Shown in pieces: positions 39,245 through 53,129 of a DNA stretch of 64,000 nucleotides. Below the pieces are notes generated by a model. It did no database searches. It was not told the origin of the DNA and worked only from the letters and a program-made list of their open reading frames with translations. A program made the position numbers and the translations under genes. Every line of letters begins with the position of its first letter. Position 1 is the stretch's first letter. Source of the stretch: Mobula hypostoma (taxonomy: Eukaryota); NCBI RefSeq assembly GCF_963921235.1, contig NC_086097.1:199084001-199148000 (forward strand). Direction: 5' to 3'.

Positions 39245-39710
39245 GTCACTTAGGGAGAGATCCCTGTGGAAAGCAGAAAGTGGGGGAAGGAGCAGGTGTG
39301 TTTGGTGGTGGGATCCAGTTGGAGGTGGCAGAAGTTTCGGAGAATTGTGTGCTAAGTGTGGAGGCTGGTGGGGTGGTAGGTGAGGATAAGAGGAACCCTT
39401 TTCCTGGAAGGGTGATGGGAGAATGGGGTAAGAGCAGACTCACGTGAAATGGAAGAGATGTGGTTGAAGGCAGTGTTGATGGTGGAGGAAGGGAAACGCC
39501 TTTCTTTGAAAAAGGAGGACATTCCCTTCGTTCTCAAATGAAAAATCTCATCCTGAGAGCAAATGCGGTGGAGACGGAGGAATTGAGAGATGGTGATGGC
39601 GTTTTTACAAGTAGCAGGGTGGGACGAGGTACAGTCCAGGTCGCTGTGAGAGGAGAGGCAGAAGTGTATTGTAATGCACTTTGGTAGCAGAAATGAAAGG
39701 GTAGACTATT

Positions 39711-39770
39711 AGAGCCATAGAACACTACAGCACAGAAAACAGGCCATTTGGCCCTTCTAGTCTGTGCCAA
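39711..39770 (-). mobile_element. ~60-bp ultra-truncated CR1/SINE 3' tail
   Basis: catagaacactacagcacagaaaacaggccatttggccc interrupts host CR1 gactatt|ttctaaatgg. Confidence 0.65.
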
Positions 39771-42700
39771 ATTTTCTAAATGGAAAGAAAATACAAAAAA
39801 ACAGAGGTGCAAAGGGATGTGAGCGTCCTTGTGCAGGATTCCCTGTAGGTTAATTGGTAGGTTGGGTCTGTGGTGAGGAAGGCAAATGCAATGTTAGCAT
39901 TCATTTCAAGAGGACTAGAATATAAAAGCAAGGACGTAGTGTTGAGACTTTATAAAGCTTTGGTAATACCTCATAGTATTTTGAGCAGTTTTGGGCCTGT
40001 TATTTTAGAAAGGAGGTACTGAAACTGAAAAGAGTTCAAAGGAAGTTCATGAAAATTATTCCAGGGTTGAATAGCTTGTCATAGGAAGACACTTGCTAGC
40101 TCTGGGCCTGTATTCACTAGAATACAGAAGAATGAGGGGTGACCTAATTGAAACCTATCAAATGGTGAAAGGCCTTGATAGAGTGGATGTAGAGATGCTG
40201 ATTCCTATGGTGGAAATGTTTAAGACCAGTGGACACAGTCTTAGAATAGAGGGGTATCCTTTTAGAATGGAGATGAGGAATTTCTTTTGCTAGAGAGTGG
40301 TGAATCTGGAATTCTTTGCCCCAGGCAGCTGTGGAGGCCAGGTCTTTATGTATACGACAGAGGTTGATAGATTCTTGATTGGTCAGGGCATGAAGGGATA
40401 AAGGGAGAAGGCAGGAGATTGGTGCTGAGAGGGAAATTAGATCCGCCATAATGAAATTGCAGAGAAGACTGGATGGGCTGAATGCCCTAGTTCTACTCTT
40501 GTATTGTATGGTCTTGTGGTCTAAGGTGCAACACTCATGGATCCTAGTGGTTGTTCTTAATTAAATGAAAAGTTCCTACAGCCATTACCTGTGACTGGTG
40601 TAAAGCGGAGTTTATGAAGTCTATAGCAGGGGGCTAATTCCTACTGAGTAGGTGGCTCTGTTTGCCCATGCAAATCGAAAATCTGATCTTTGAATTACAA
40701 AGGGAGTGTCCCACATATCAAACTGAAGTTCAAGTTTCATTGTCCTTCAAACCTACACATGAATACAGCTAAGCAAAAAAGCATAACAGTGAGAATCTGC
40801 AAAACACAGTACCAATAGTCACACACAACACACAGCACATACACCACATATAACTATGACAGCAGAAAAAACATAGCTACAAAAATAAACAATAATAATA
40901 ATATAGCTGAAGTCCCTGAGTGTCATGGTCTGTAGATGGATGGAGCGCGGATGTTTTCCTGCGACCAAAGTGGAAAACACCACACCAACATTCAAACACA
41001 GCGCATATAGCATGTATAGTAACAATAGCAGATAAAACATACTCTACACTTACAAGAAAATACATGAGTCAAGTCCCCGAGTGTTATGGCCTGTAGATTG
41101 ATGATGCACGGGAGGTCCTGGAGCCATATTTCTGCAAGAACAAGCATGCAGCATTTCTTCATCATACACTAAGGCAGCCACAGATGAAGCAATCAAGCTT
41201 GTCTTCCACTCTGCAAGCACTAGAAGGCAGCACCAAAGTGAGGTAGCCAAACCCCCAATCCAGCATGGACACCAACTCTCTCCCACGCTGTGTCTCCTCC
41301 CCTCGGCAGCTGCAACAGCACCATGGCATGAAGGCCTGGCCTAAGGCCATGCAACTCATCTGCCTTTCCCTAATCCTGTTTTGACTCCATAGCCATCTTA
41401 GTAAGTGCTTGTGATGACTTGTACCTTCGTTTTGTTATGAGACCATTATATTCAAATCCCACAACCAGGTGATGAAGGGTTATGGGAATGTTGTAACAGT
41501 AACTATTTTTCCCATTCTGCCTGATTGACTAAGTTTGCTTCTCTGTTCTTTACTAGTTTGTGCTGGGTCTTGGACGGAATTTCCTCGACTTTTAGAAGAG
41601 AATTGGTTAAGTATTTTGGGAATGTTTGGAGCAGCACACAACAAATCCAATTTTCTAGGTGTTTCCTGCCTATTTTATAGAGAGTCAAGTATTTCAGATG
41701 TGGCCCTGAAGGATCTGGGTTTGCTGGCCATGAAGTTCTAAACACAAATGAAGACCTTAAGCCCTATTTGATATAAGAGCTGATGCTTTTATTTTTGCTG
41801 GTGGGGGAGGGGGTTTTTGCTTACTGCCACTTACGTGCAGGAGAGGGGATTTTGAGATTCTAGCATTTAACTGTTGTTCATTCTTTGGGGCACTCCTCTG
41901 TTTTTGTGGATGGGTGTGAAGAAAAAGCATTTCAGGATGTATATTGTATACATTTCTCTGACATTAAATTGTACCTTTGAAACCTTTGATGCCTTTGAAG
42001 TAGCTAGCTGTACCCTCACTAAAGGGAGGTTATACTGTACTACACCATCTTCAAAGACTACTTAATTTCCCTGTTTATCCTCCAAGTTGAGCTTAGCTAC
42101 CAACACCCACTATTTGATCAGTGGTTTCCCCCTCACTACCAAGGAGTGGATAGTTCCAGCTAACAAAGTAACAAAGCTAACACAGTTCATTTATTTTCAG
42201 TGATATGCATTCAAATTCAAATAACCTTCTTAAAACAAATTAAAACACATAGGCAATTTTATCTTATTAAACATTTCCAAATTGCAAAAAGACAAGTACA
42301 ATTTCTTTAAGCTAAAAAGATATACCCACTTTCTGTAGAAGAGCCAGTTGTCTGACACAGCAATCGAAGGAAACGGAATGAATTCTAGTTCACCCTATGT
42401 TTCTGTCATGCTTCTTGATGTTCCTGGACCATTCCTAATAAGGCTGAACTGCTCCCTTATTCTATCTTTCTGCCACTTGCATGACTTCACATATGTGATT
42501 TTTTTTTCCCCAAATACCTTTTAATACAAATGGTCTAAAAGCTTCTGGAGACAGAGTTCACAGGTGCCTACAATTAATGTTGTGAAGCAGACCCCCTGAG
42601 CGCACAAATTTATTAATAGATCAGTTATTTAATATGCTAAGTGATATTATCATCTGGTCTGCAAGCTTCCTTGAACTGGACAACTTACCCAAATTAAATA

Positions 42701-44364
42701 ATCCATTGCCTTATATACTGCACTTCTTAAGTAATAAGCCCACATGCTCTGAGCTGGCATCTAGCGTCTCTATAGTTTGCAAAACTGTATTTTTAATCTC
42801 CAGCCGATTACAGCTTTCCATTTACATTAATATCTGAATACTGGATCCCATTTATGACTAGAATCTAAAGAAAGAATATTAGTTGGAAATTTAACTTAAT
42901 TAAAAACAATACTTTGATCTTCACAAGTGGTAGATGCTCTGTTTAGAAAGCTGAGCCTGGCAATAAACAAGAGCCCCCTGGCCTACAGACAGTGAATATC
43001 TATCACACTATTGTTAAGAATTTCATCACTTGAAGAAGAGGGGAATTTTTGGGAAGTGAAACTACCCTTACTTTCTCACTTGTGGTGCTGGTATGAAGTT
43101 GGAAAAGAACAAGTTCTTGCTTATTGCTTCTACTGACTCTGGTGAGCATTAATATCAGAAGACATTTGTCAGTATGATCTCAGAGCAACCAGTTGGACTG
43201 TCCTTCAGGGAATTTTGAGGCCAAAATTTGCTTTGCAGTTTTGTGTAATTGATACAACTGCTGTTTTCTCTTTCCACAAAGATGGTTAGTTAAACCAACA
43301 CCTTTAATGTATCATCAGTTTAGTTTACATCCATTTGTCTGCTGGCAGACTTTAGCCAAACCAGATTCCGGCAAACTGTGAAAAGAAGATCAGGTGCTGG
43401 CACACAACATGCTGCTGATATACAATGATGAAGATTTTCTGTTTTAATCATGAAATCACAACAAATTATTTAGAGTGAGCAGAAAAGGGTGCACTCTGCA
43501 TCAAAGAAGACTTGCCTTCAGGACATGAATATGAGGCTGATTCTGTGGAAAATACCAAAAACAAAAGGTCAGTAACAAAACATTACTTGAAGGTTCATCA
43601 GTGTCAGAAGAAAGGAAGAAATTCAGGGAGATAGTGTGTGATTAGAACTAATATATTCCCTTTAAAATAACATGTGAGTTACCTGTTTTAATGTCCCATA
43701 AATGTCAAATGAATTACCGGATAGGAAACAGCAAAAACTGGAAGCAAGTAGCAACACAGAGTCCAACAAATACAGGCAGCACGATGAGTAAAAAAGGTTC
43801 AGGAGGAAAGGAGAAAAACAATGTAGACAGAGGGAAGAATGTCAGCAGGCAAATTCCAGGAACATCTCCCCACACCCCCAGAACTGGAAGATTAATTTAT
43901 TCAAAAACAGCACTTTGATCTTTGCAATCACTTCCAAAAGTAATCTAAGATTATTAGAATGAAAAGAATAGACCCTTATTTGACTCCAAAACCATAATCT
44001 GAGAATGGAGGCAGAAGATAGGTGTGAATTTATTCATTGCATCTGTCATTAGTAGAAGAGGGGACAATTTAGGCATTGACATCAAGGGGTACGAATGTGA
44101 CATACAGAAAATGGTTAACGCAGAAGAATACATTGATTAAAAAAAACTGGGTATGTCACTAGGTCTGGTTAAAAAATAATAAAACGTTATTAAAAAACAA
44201 AGAAAGAAGTAGCCCAGCCTCTGAATGTCATTTTCAAATGATATTCAGAGCCTGGGCTACTTCGGCAGGTGGTGCCAGAAGACTTGAAGCTTGCTAATAT
44301 TATGCTGTTGCTTAAAGAGAGAGAAAGGGATAGATAAGCTAAATACTATTCAACATAACATCAA

Positions 44365-44720
44365 TGACATGTCTACAGAAAGGTGCTGGAAATGGGTCAG
44401 TAGTATCAAGAAGGATCCCACCCAACATGTTTATGGACTTTTTGTCCCACTCCTAGGGAGGAGGCTACATAGCATCCAAGCCAGGACCACCAGACTCAAA
44501 AACAGAGACTTTCTTCAAGCAATAAGGTTAATCAACATCTCCACCAGTACTTTATTATTTCCTGTCAGTCACCTTATGTACAGCATAGTGTCATGATATG
44601 GACGTACAATTAATCTACCAAACTATCTTATGTACTTATAATTATTGTGCTTTTTATTATTATTGTGTTTTTTTATCTTTTGTGGTTTATTTGTGCTGCA
44701 TCGGGTCTGGAGCAAATCAA
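44365..44720 (+). mobile_element. Old Rex1-like LINE 3' fragment
   Basis: SSIKKDPTQHVYGLFVPLLGRRLHSIQARTTRLKNRDFLQAIRLIN. Confidence 0.7.
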
Positions 44721-45439
44721 ACTTTTAACTTGGGTTTAGTTCTCCTTCCCTGAGAAAATAGATTATGAGTGTTCATTCTGTCTGTGCCCCTCTTAATTTT
44801 ATACACATCTCTAAGATCACCCCTTAATTTCCTTTGTTCCAACAAGTGCAGCATGCCAACTTCTCTCTCAAGCACTGGCAGCATCCTTGTAAATCTTCTC
44901 TGCCCTTACCAATTTAATCATGTCTTTGGGAAGATTGTTACCATAAATAAGGTTTTCAAACTAAGAGCATTAATTGATGTTTTATATAAATGGGTTTTAG
45001 CAAGGTATTTGACAAGATCTCAATGACAGATTAATAAAGAAAGTAAAAGCCCTGGGATCCAAACAGAGAAGTGGATTACATTAAATTGCATTAAAGTTGG
45101 CTCATTGGGAAGGATGAAAGAATATTAGTTAATGGGCCTTTATGCAAAGGACTTATGTTACATTTTGTACCAAAATTAAATGCCTTGGACAAGTGCTAGG
45201 GCCACAATTATATTGCTGTCAATAATACCAAAACTGACAATTCTGTTGACAGTAATTAAGAATGTATTAAACTTTGCGATGCTACTAACGTATTGGTTAG
45301 GAGATGAAAACATGACAAGCAGGATCAAATTTGGAAAATGTTAGGCATTGAATCAGGGAAGACAAACAGGACAAGGGAATAATGAAACTGAGGATACCAA
45401 CAAATATGGAGAAACAGAGGGGTCTTGGTATGCATTCCC

Positions 45440-45990
45440 AAAGAATCTTGGAAGTATGATTTGGTTGATAAATTGATTAATAATGCAATTTGAAATGTCT
45501 GCAAATAAACCTTCCAAAAAGCTGCTTGCAGACAAGTTTATGTTGCATTTTAAATTGTAATATCCAACTGTTGCAGGGATGAAAGTTGTTAACATCCATT
45601 TCCTTTGTAAGACATTTGGCTTTCTCTACCAAATCTTCCTTTGTTAAAGTAATGCTTGAATTGGTCTTGACTGTATAGATAAGACCAAGCAAGAAAGATT
45701 TTATCCCATCCCATTTCTTTTGTGAGTCACATCTCTTTAGTGCTCGTCTTGCATTATTTTTAAAAAAAAACTTTTTTTGATGTTTGTTTTTAATCCGGCC
45801 ATTGTGATGTACTATGTCTGACTGCATTCAACTTTTATTTCTTTTGTATTTTCTTTTTTCATCACAAGTCTTCGATGCCTTATACTGGAAGATCTGGGAA
45901 TCAGATAGTCTTATTCTCCACGGTTCGATATGATTTTCAAGTGGATTTTAAGGGTTAACACTATATGTCCCTGAAGTATGGGGCTTATAG
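45440..45990 (-). pseudogene. pogo/Tigger-like transposase N-terminal remnant (CENP-B-type HTH)
   Basis: ITLTKEDLVEKAKCLTKEMDVNNFHPCNSWILQFKMQHKLVCKQLFG fits the CENP-B HTH pattern (EKA...F..S.GW...FK.RH.L). Upstream VLTLKIHLKII resembles the psq-HTH start. Confidence 0.7.
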
Positions 45991-46231
45991 AAAGTGAAAG
46001 TGACATGAATACATTCTATTGTCTGTTCTCTTAGCATCCAAACCTATTCAACAGCAAATGTTACCACAACAGTGGTAGCAAGATGAGATGAAGCACTATA
46101 TGTGTAAGATGTTGAAATGTGTATGTTATTATTAAACTGGGCCAGAAGAAAGATTCTTGTTGACCCACCTCATTATTTCCACATGTGGTTATTGAGATAG
46201 CGTGGTGTAAACTGTAAAGGCAAATTAAGAG

Positions 46232-46393
46232 GTACAGTTGACGTTTTGGGCCAAGACCCTTCGTCAGGGTCTCGGCCCAAAACGTCGACTGTACCTCTTC
46301 CTATAGATGCTGCCTGGCCTGCTGCGTTCACCAGCATTTCCTGTGTGTGTTGCTTGAATTTCCAGCATCTGCAAATTTCCTCGTGTTTGCGTG
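46232..46393. mobile_element. ~160-bp PLE-derived hairpin mini-element with 15-bp TSD
   Basis: TSD aaggcaaattaagag at 46217-46231 and 46394-46408. An inverted hammerhead segment is fused to a sense terminal repeat at cttcgtc|agggtctcggccc. Confidence 0.9.
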
Positions 46394-47374
46394 AAGGCAA
46401 ATTAAGAGATGGATTGAGACTTTATGATGTGGTTGACAGTGGCTGGATCTCAGCATTCATGAGACTGAACTAAATAGATGGCACTGTATTTGTGAAAGAA
46501 AACTAAAATGGCATTAGTGTGCAGTGACAGGAAGATGAAAGCAGGAAGAAAAGCACCACTTTGTAGAGAAATATTTCACCATGGGAAACGGATTAAATTG
46601 GATGTTTTGATTTTTATTCATAGAACACAACTGAAATGGTTTTATTGGAATCATGATTAGTTGATTTGTGCATCATAGAGTAACTGGTCAGATTTAATGA
46701 TGGTTATTTGAACTATTTTTCTTGTCATAATAAATGGCTTGGTACAAAAAGAATAATAGCATGCAAAGGCAAGGAATGATAAATTAATAACAAATAGAAA
46801 TTTTCATCGGGTTCAGCTATACATTTAAAAACTTTGGCTACAGAGCTGATTGTACAATTGCAGCAATCATCTAGTTATAAAGAAAGCTGCAAATGGTTTT
46901 GACGCTTCAAACAAGTTCACTGGCTGTCACTGCTTCACGGAACGCAGCTATTAAGCTGTTTATAACTTTAGAGTAAGGCTTGAATCCTCATATTTCAGAC
47001 TCAGAAATGAGAATTCTACCCTGAGCCAAGAGGAGAAGGTGAAAAGATGCTAATGACTAAGAAAGACAGTAGTTCTGCTACAAAAGATGAAAACAGCAGA
47101 AAGGTGAAATTCTAGGCAGAATAGCAGTTTAGCATTGTCCTAGTGAAGGGTCTTGGCCTGAATCATCAACTCTTTATTCCTTCCCATAGATACTGCCTGA
47201 TCTACTGCATTCCTCTGGCGTTTTGTGTGTATTACTTGGCATGTACTAGATGGACTGAAGGGCCTGTTTTTGGGCTCTACTGCTCTATAACTTTGTGTTT
47301 TCTCATTGGTACCAGTTATGCACAGAATGCAAATTAATACTCATGATAAAAGTGGAAGGTAGGTTTTCAGAAAA

Positions 47375-47678
47375 TAAGAACATAAGAACATAAGAAATAG
47401 GAGCAGGAGTAGGCATCCGGCCCATCGAGCCTGCCCCGCCATTCAATAAGATCATGGCTGATCTGTCCGTAAACTCAGCTCCATCTGCCTGCCTTTTCCC
47501 CATAACCCTTAATTCCCTTACTATGTAAAAACCTATCTAACTGTTTCTTAAATATATTTAGTGAAGAAGCCTCAACTGGGCAGAGAATTCCACAGATTCA
47601 CCACTCTCTGTTGAAAGACAATTTCTACTCATCTCCATCCTAAATCTTCTCCCCTGAATCTTGAGGCAATGTCCCAAG
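47375..47678 (-). mobile_element. CR1 3' fragment
   Basis: (taagaaca)n tail followed by ataggagcaggagtaggc...gaattccacagattcaccact. Confidence 0.85.
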
Positions 47679-49864
47679 ATTTATAAATGTCATTTTATTT
47701 ACTCTGTAAAAATTATGCTTATTTGTTAAGATGCACATCCATACCTATATTTTATTTAATCATAGGTTAATTTTAAAATATCAGGGTATTAGAAAAACAC
47801 TGTTGCACAAAATAAAAATTGCTTGATATTGGATTTTCTTCACTTCATACACTTTAAATTAGTGATTGAATTTATTGTACTGCTTGCAGTCAATTGTAAT
47901 CTTTGATAATACTGAGGAGAGGAATTCTTCACGTATGCAAACATGTCCTGAGGCTTTAAAAGATAAAACACAAATCACACTGGGGAGATTACAATGAAAG
48001 TGCATTTAGGATTATGTGGTACCACAGATGAACAGTGCTTTCCTTGCATGTGGCACAGTCAGTGGATTGGGGAATAAGGCAAAGTCACAGATTTTAATCT
48101 TTTGAATGTACTAAATTAGACTTGGATTGTATAAACTAGTGTTCTTCTCATCTTAGAAATATTGCAGAAAATGCAATTCACATGGCAACATCTATAAAAT
48201 CATTTATTTGGTTTATTCTGGATTGTAGAATGTTAGAAAACCATTATATTTATTCAGACAATATAGAATTTAAAGAAATTTGCCTGAACTGTGAGCAGAG
48301 GCAGCATTCTCAGACGTCAGAATGTTTTCAATAGAATATTTTTGGAAGTAGCTTTGGTCTTTGGTGAACAGTCTGAGGTTTACAAGATTTAAGTATATTA
48401 ACATTAAACTGCCAAATTAACACAATTTAAATTAGTAGCAAACATGCTTCTTATAAAGCCATTAGAAATGAGAAAAGCTCATTTTCTTACCTATTCCCTC
48501 TATTATTATTGTACAATCTCATCCACTGGGAACACTACTACCTCTAATCTCCTTACGGGAAATCTTGGAGGACAATTCCAGAATAATACCATTTAATAAT
48601 TCCCATAACACTTGCTAATTGAGAATTTCCTCCCTTTCCCCCTCCAAGCCTCAAACGTTGTTCAGCAACTATCACTCACCCTAACTTAGCCAATCCATCA
48701 TAATTTGTTAAATCTGTATAACTTTTATTTTCATTGGAGTTCAATCTTTTGACTGCAGACAAGTTTACAAATACAATTTTCAATTTGTGTTGCGATGTTG
48801 AGGTTGATCATCTCAGTCACAGTACCAGCAGAGAAATTGATCTCGGTGACACTAAATTAGGGAGGGAATCAGTTTGAATTCATGTTTCCGATTTCTGATT
48901 CTGCTGGAAATATGTAGATAATGCCAAGAATGATGTTGCCAAAGATCAGCTTTCAGCCTTTCATTTGCACCTCCTAAATTTGAAGAGGCTTTGGTTTTCA
49001 TTGCACATGAGTGAAATACTCAAGGAAGACTGACCTACTCAGGTCATACTCCAGCAACATGTTGACATCTTCAGGAGAGATTGAGGAGTGCACACAAAAG
49101 GAGAAAAAATCCTCAGGCTTAATTGTCCTTTTATTTTCCCCTTATTAGATTTTTAATATTGCAAAGCAGAAGATACATCATAACTTGTGCATCTTGACAA
49201 CTGTGATGAAATATCCTTTGGATCTGTTTGAGTCTTTGTACAGCTGATCTGACTGCGATTGTTTGATTTAATTCATTTGCACAGTCACTAGCATTTGTGT
49301 GGCTACTGATTGATGAATTAATTTCATTTTGCTATTTGATTCTTTAGTTTTACATCAGGCTCGTACCAACCAGTGTTTCTCAGCCTGATGTTAATATTGG
49401 TGCCACTTATTGTCCTGCTAACACGATGGAGTAAATTGTAATTATGAAATAAAATAAAGATGCTTTTACATGGAATTACAAAGACATTATGGCATGGAAA
49501 GTGGCCAAGTGTCCAAGTAGTTTGTGTTAACTTGCACATGCAGGCACATCCCAGTCTCCACCCAGCTAAAAGGAGTCAGCTACCACTTGTTTCCAACTTA
49601 GTACCTGCAACCAATTTAAACCCAGCTTTTGAAGACAGTATTAGCCTTCATTTATGTTGTTGCCTGTGGTGTTTAGTAGCAGTTCTTTCTGGTGGCTCCT
49701 TGAGGCTTGTTATTTTGTGTTTAACATTTAGCTCAATGTTAAATTGTCTGTGCTGCTTACTTTTGGGTCAAGCCTCCTCTACATTTCCTGACAGGATGAG
49801 TGAGTCTGTGATTCACCCAGCGGAGTTTGCTTGCCTAAAGGAAGTCATCTGTCAACATGAGCAC

Positions 49865-50148
49865 ACGATCCAAAACTACTGAGCTGCACCAATGGCTTTT
49901 GGGACTGCCTGGTAAAGGAAGTCATTGAAACAAACCTGGAGGAAAAGAATTTTAATAAAGACAAAGGTTGCACTCTAAGTAAGAACTGGAATTCGATTAT
50001 AAACAATGTGGGAGAGTGAAAACCTGTTTGGATGAAGACTAACCAATCGGGAGGAACAGCTATGGGGGTATAAATACCACTGGACTAGACATCCCTGGGC
50101 ATCATCTTTGATGAAGATGGCAGAGTTTGTCATTGAAATGTTGGTTAT
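49865..50148 (+). mobile_element. Second PLE family (Poseidon-like) 3' end with hammerhead motif; remainder at ~52087-52135
   Basis: Encodes GFWDCLVKEVIETNLEEKNFNKDKGCTLSKNW (GIY-YIG C-terminus E.IE...N.D.G..LS..W). TATA ggtataaata, then tTGATGA-A-GATGGCA gagtt TGTCATT-GAAA-TG-TT. Confidence 0.72.
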
Positions 50149-52086
50149 ACAAAATGAAGATATCAGGGGAATTACTATTAAAGGGACAGAACATAAATTG
50201 GCCTGTTACGTGGACGACATTCTGATCTATCTAGGGCAACCAACATACTCTTTACCCAAATTGATGAAATCCTTTGAACAATATGGCCAATTATCCGGAT
50301 ACAGTATCAACATAGATAAAGCCCAACTACTTTCATATAACTATAGCCCACCAAGAGAAATTGAAAGTAGATATTCTCGGGCATGGCAAACAGAGTCTGT
50401 CAAATATTTGGGCATCATTATGCCAAAAGATTTGGCAAAATTATCAGACTGCAATTATCAGCCTATATATAAAAAAAATTAAGGAAGATATAACAAGATG
50501 GAACCTAATTCCTTTTCTTGGTCTCAGTTCAAGGATTGAATCTATTAAAATGAATATACTGCCCAGACTACTATATCTCTTTCAGACCCTACCAATAGAG
50601 AGTAACCAAAATCAATTCAATGAATGGAACAAGATGCTATCAATATATATATGGCAAGGTAAAAGGCCTAGTATTCATCTCAAAACTTTGCAATTAGCCA
50701 AGGAAAAGGGGGGATGGGGCCTACCTTCTCTTAGAGATTACTATTTTGCAGCACAGTTGAGAGCCGTGATATGCTGGTGCAATCCATCATATGGCGCTCA
50801 ATGGAAAAACATTGAGGAGAGGATACTTTCCATCCCATACAGGCAATTTTGGCTGATAACAACCTACAAAGTTACATAAATACTATTGATAACCCATGGG
50901 TGAAATGGACTCTTAAAATATGGAAAAAAATATAGACGAGAGAGAGACATTGCAATTCTTAAATGGTGGGCATATGACTCAGATTTTACGCTGAACAAAC
51001 TGGATACTAGATTTAATGACTGGACAGCTAAAGAAATAACAGCTATTTACAATATAATGAAAGAAGGAACACTGTTCAGTTTTGAAATGCTCAAAGAGAA
51101 ACACTTATTAGAGAAACAAGACTTTTATTGATATTTACAGATGCAGCAGTATGTTAATAGGACAGTTAAAATGTAACCAAGGCAAGTACATGTTTGATAG
51201 AGCTATTTAGAAAAGCATTTAATTCAGACAATGGTAGTAGAATAATTTCAAGTGTGTAAGAGGGTTTGTCAAATCTTAAAATACATTCGTCTTCATACAT
51301 TAAAACAAAATGGGAGAAGGAAGGATGGACAATAATATGGAGGTATCAATGGAAGTGTACCCGTTCACAGAAATGAAGGGAGTTTGGGTGGAAAAACTTG
51401 ATAAGATATTTTATTACAACCTCTCAGAAATCCCATTATGATAGTAACCTCCCTGTTTGCTGGAGAAATTGTGGAAATCAAAATGCAAAACATTATCATA
51501 TTTTCGGGAATGCCCCGTTATCAAAGACTATTGGAGTGGGATACACAATACCCTACAAGACATCTTTAAATGTGAAATACCCTTAGAAAGTAAGACCATA
51601 TATTTTGGGTATATACCTCAAGAATGGTTGAAAAGATAAATATTTAATGAATGTACTGCTGGTAGCTGGTAAAAAGACCCTTACCAGGAAATGGTAATCA
51701 CAGGAGAGCCCAACTTTAAATGTATGGATGGAAATTACAATGGACATTTACAAAATGGAGAAGATAACAGCATCTGTTAATCATAAGTTGGAACAACTTG
51801 ATTCATACTGGGAAAAATGGTTTAACTACATATCACCTCATAGACCTGATTTTATTCTCACAAGTCAATGAATATGTTGTTAAAACCCTCCCTACTTTGT
51901 ACATAGTTTTCTTCTTTTGATTGTTCTTTCTTTCCTCACCTTTCTATAAGTATATACCTCAGATAAGTATTATGTGGAGATTTGTGACAAATATGACAAT
52001 ATGATATATTTGTACAGTATCTGAAATACATGTTATGGAAAGTTTTGTTTGATGATGAACTTCAATAAAAAATAATTTCAAAAAAA
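50149..52086 (+). mobile_element. 5'-truncated L1-clade LINE
   Basis: HKLACYVDDILIYL, VKYLGI, SRIESIKMNILPRLLYLFQ, GGWGLP and C-terminal CWRNC...HIF..CP. AATAAA at 52064 and A tail; 14-bp TSD at 50135-50148 and 52087-52100. Confidence 0.93.
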
Positions 52087-53129
52087 GAAACATTGGTTAT
52101 GATCAATACCAATAAATGGCTGGAAGCCCGAGAACATGGACTTGAGAAACTCGGAATGTGGACATGAGAAACTTGGAATGGAGACTGGAGACACTTGGAA
52201 CATAGTCTGGGACGTTGACTTGAGAATGGACGTGCCCACCTAAAATCAAAATACCGATGTTCAACCTCTACAGGGTCCATTACTTGGTGGGGTCTTTCTC
52301 ACATGATGTGCACTCGTAATGTTGGAACCCAAGTGTGGACGAAGGACAGGCCCCGTTGTAGAGATGGCGGCAAGAGTTTATTTATAAGAATTCTAACAGA
52401 ACATCTGTGGTTCAGCTGAGCAACAGTGCAAGATGTAACATTCTCAGAACTAGCATGCTGAGATTAGTGCTAACTAGGCGTCCACATAAATATACCAGAA
52501 CCCCCAAACCTATCAAAATAAATGTAATAAGTTTAAACAGAAAGCACCAGGAGACTGCATTACAAAGAGTGAGTCACTCAAGAAAAAAACACAAGGAACT
52601 GTAAATGCTTATTGATTTTTATTAAACAACATTTAACCAATTCAGGGGCTCTACAAATCTTGGAGGCCAACATTCTCCAACTCCCTGCAAAAGTCTGAAG
52701 AGCTTATTACATTTTCAGATGAGCCTTCATCATCTTTCTTGACCGGGTGAGCTCTGAGCTGGGCCACCAACTGGGGCATTAAAACCACCATCTGTAATAA
52801 ATATGCAGATTTCATCATTGAGATGCACAGGGTTTTTGACCTATGGGAAATGGAAGGAAGTCAATCGATCAGACACTTTGCGTGTTTCAAGGCTGATGCT
52901 CTGTACAGGATTACACAGCAGAATTCAGGACCTTTGCAGCTGGAATGCGGAAGTGCTGCTGGCCCGTTACCAGACAGCTTGAAAAATAAGCTGTTAGCCT
53001 GGGAGATGCCCACAAACCTCATCACTCTGGCCCTCTATATTGACAAGAGTCTTATGGAATGAGCCTCCAGATCATCACCCAGAACCTCAGTTCCATTCCC
53101 AGAGCCATTTCAAGCAATACACTCAGACT

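Larger units (their letters stand above)
38200..39660 (-). mobile_element. Penelope-like element 3' fragment (RT thumb, GIY-YIG, terminal repeat with hammerhead motif at 38297-38334)
   Basis: Colinear with 9310-10538; motif CAGTC-CTGTCGA-AGGGTTTTGGCCT-GAAA-TGTC on the minus strand. Confidence 0.88.
33470..40522 (+). mobile_element. Third near-full-length CR1 LINE, host to five nested insertions
   Basis: ORF1 from ATG 33645 (CVMWEV...CIRC...LELQLDDL); ORF2 LNACNIWNK, VYRPPNS, GDFN, QHGFLKGK, DFHKAF, RMRGDLIETY; 3' tail tatggtcttgtggtct. Confidence 0.92.

Noticed and set aside
40720..41370. Repeat-like segment with internal duplicated agtccc[t/c]gagtgt motif
   Set aside because: Probably a non-autonomous retroelement, but family and boundaries cannot be supported from the sequence alone.
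47130..47235. Additional hammerhead motifs (also ~22700-22800, ~26400-26500, ~31010-31060)
   Set aside because: Recognisable PLE terminal-repeat remnants, but the core is too decayed to call a ribozyme.
52320..52800. Possible solo LTR
   Set aside because: TG start and polyA-like signal only; no matching CA end or TSD found.
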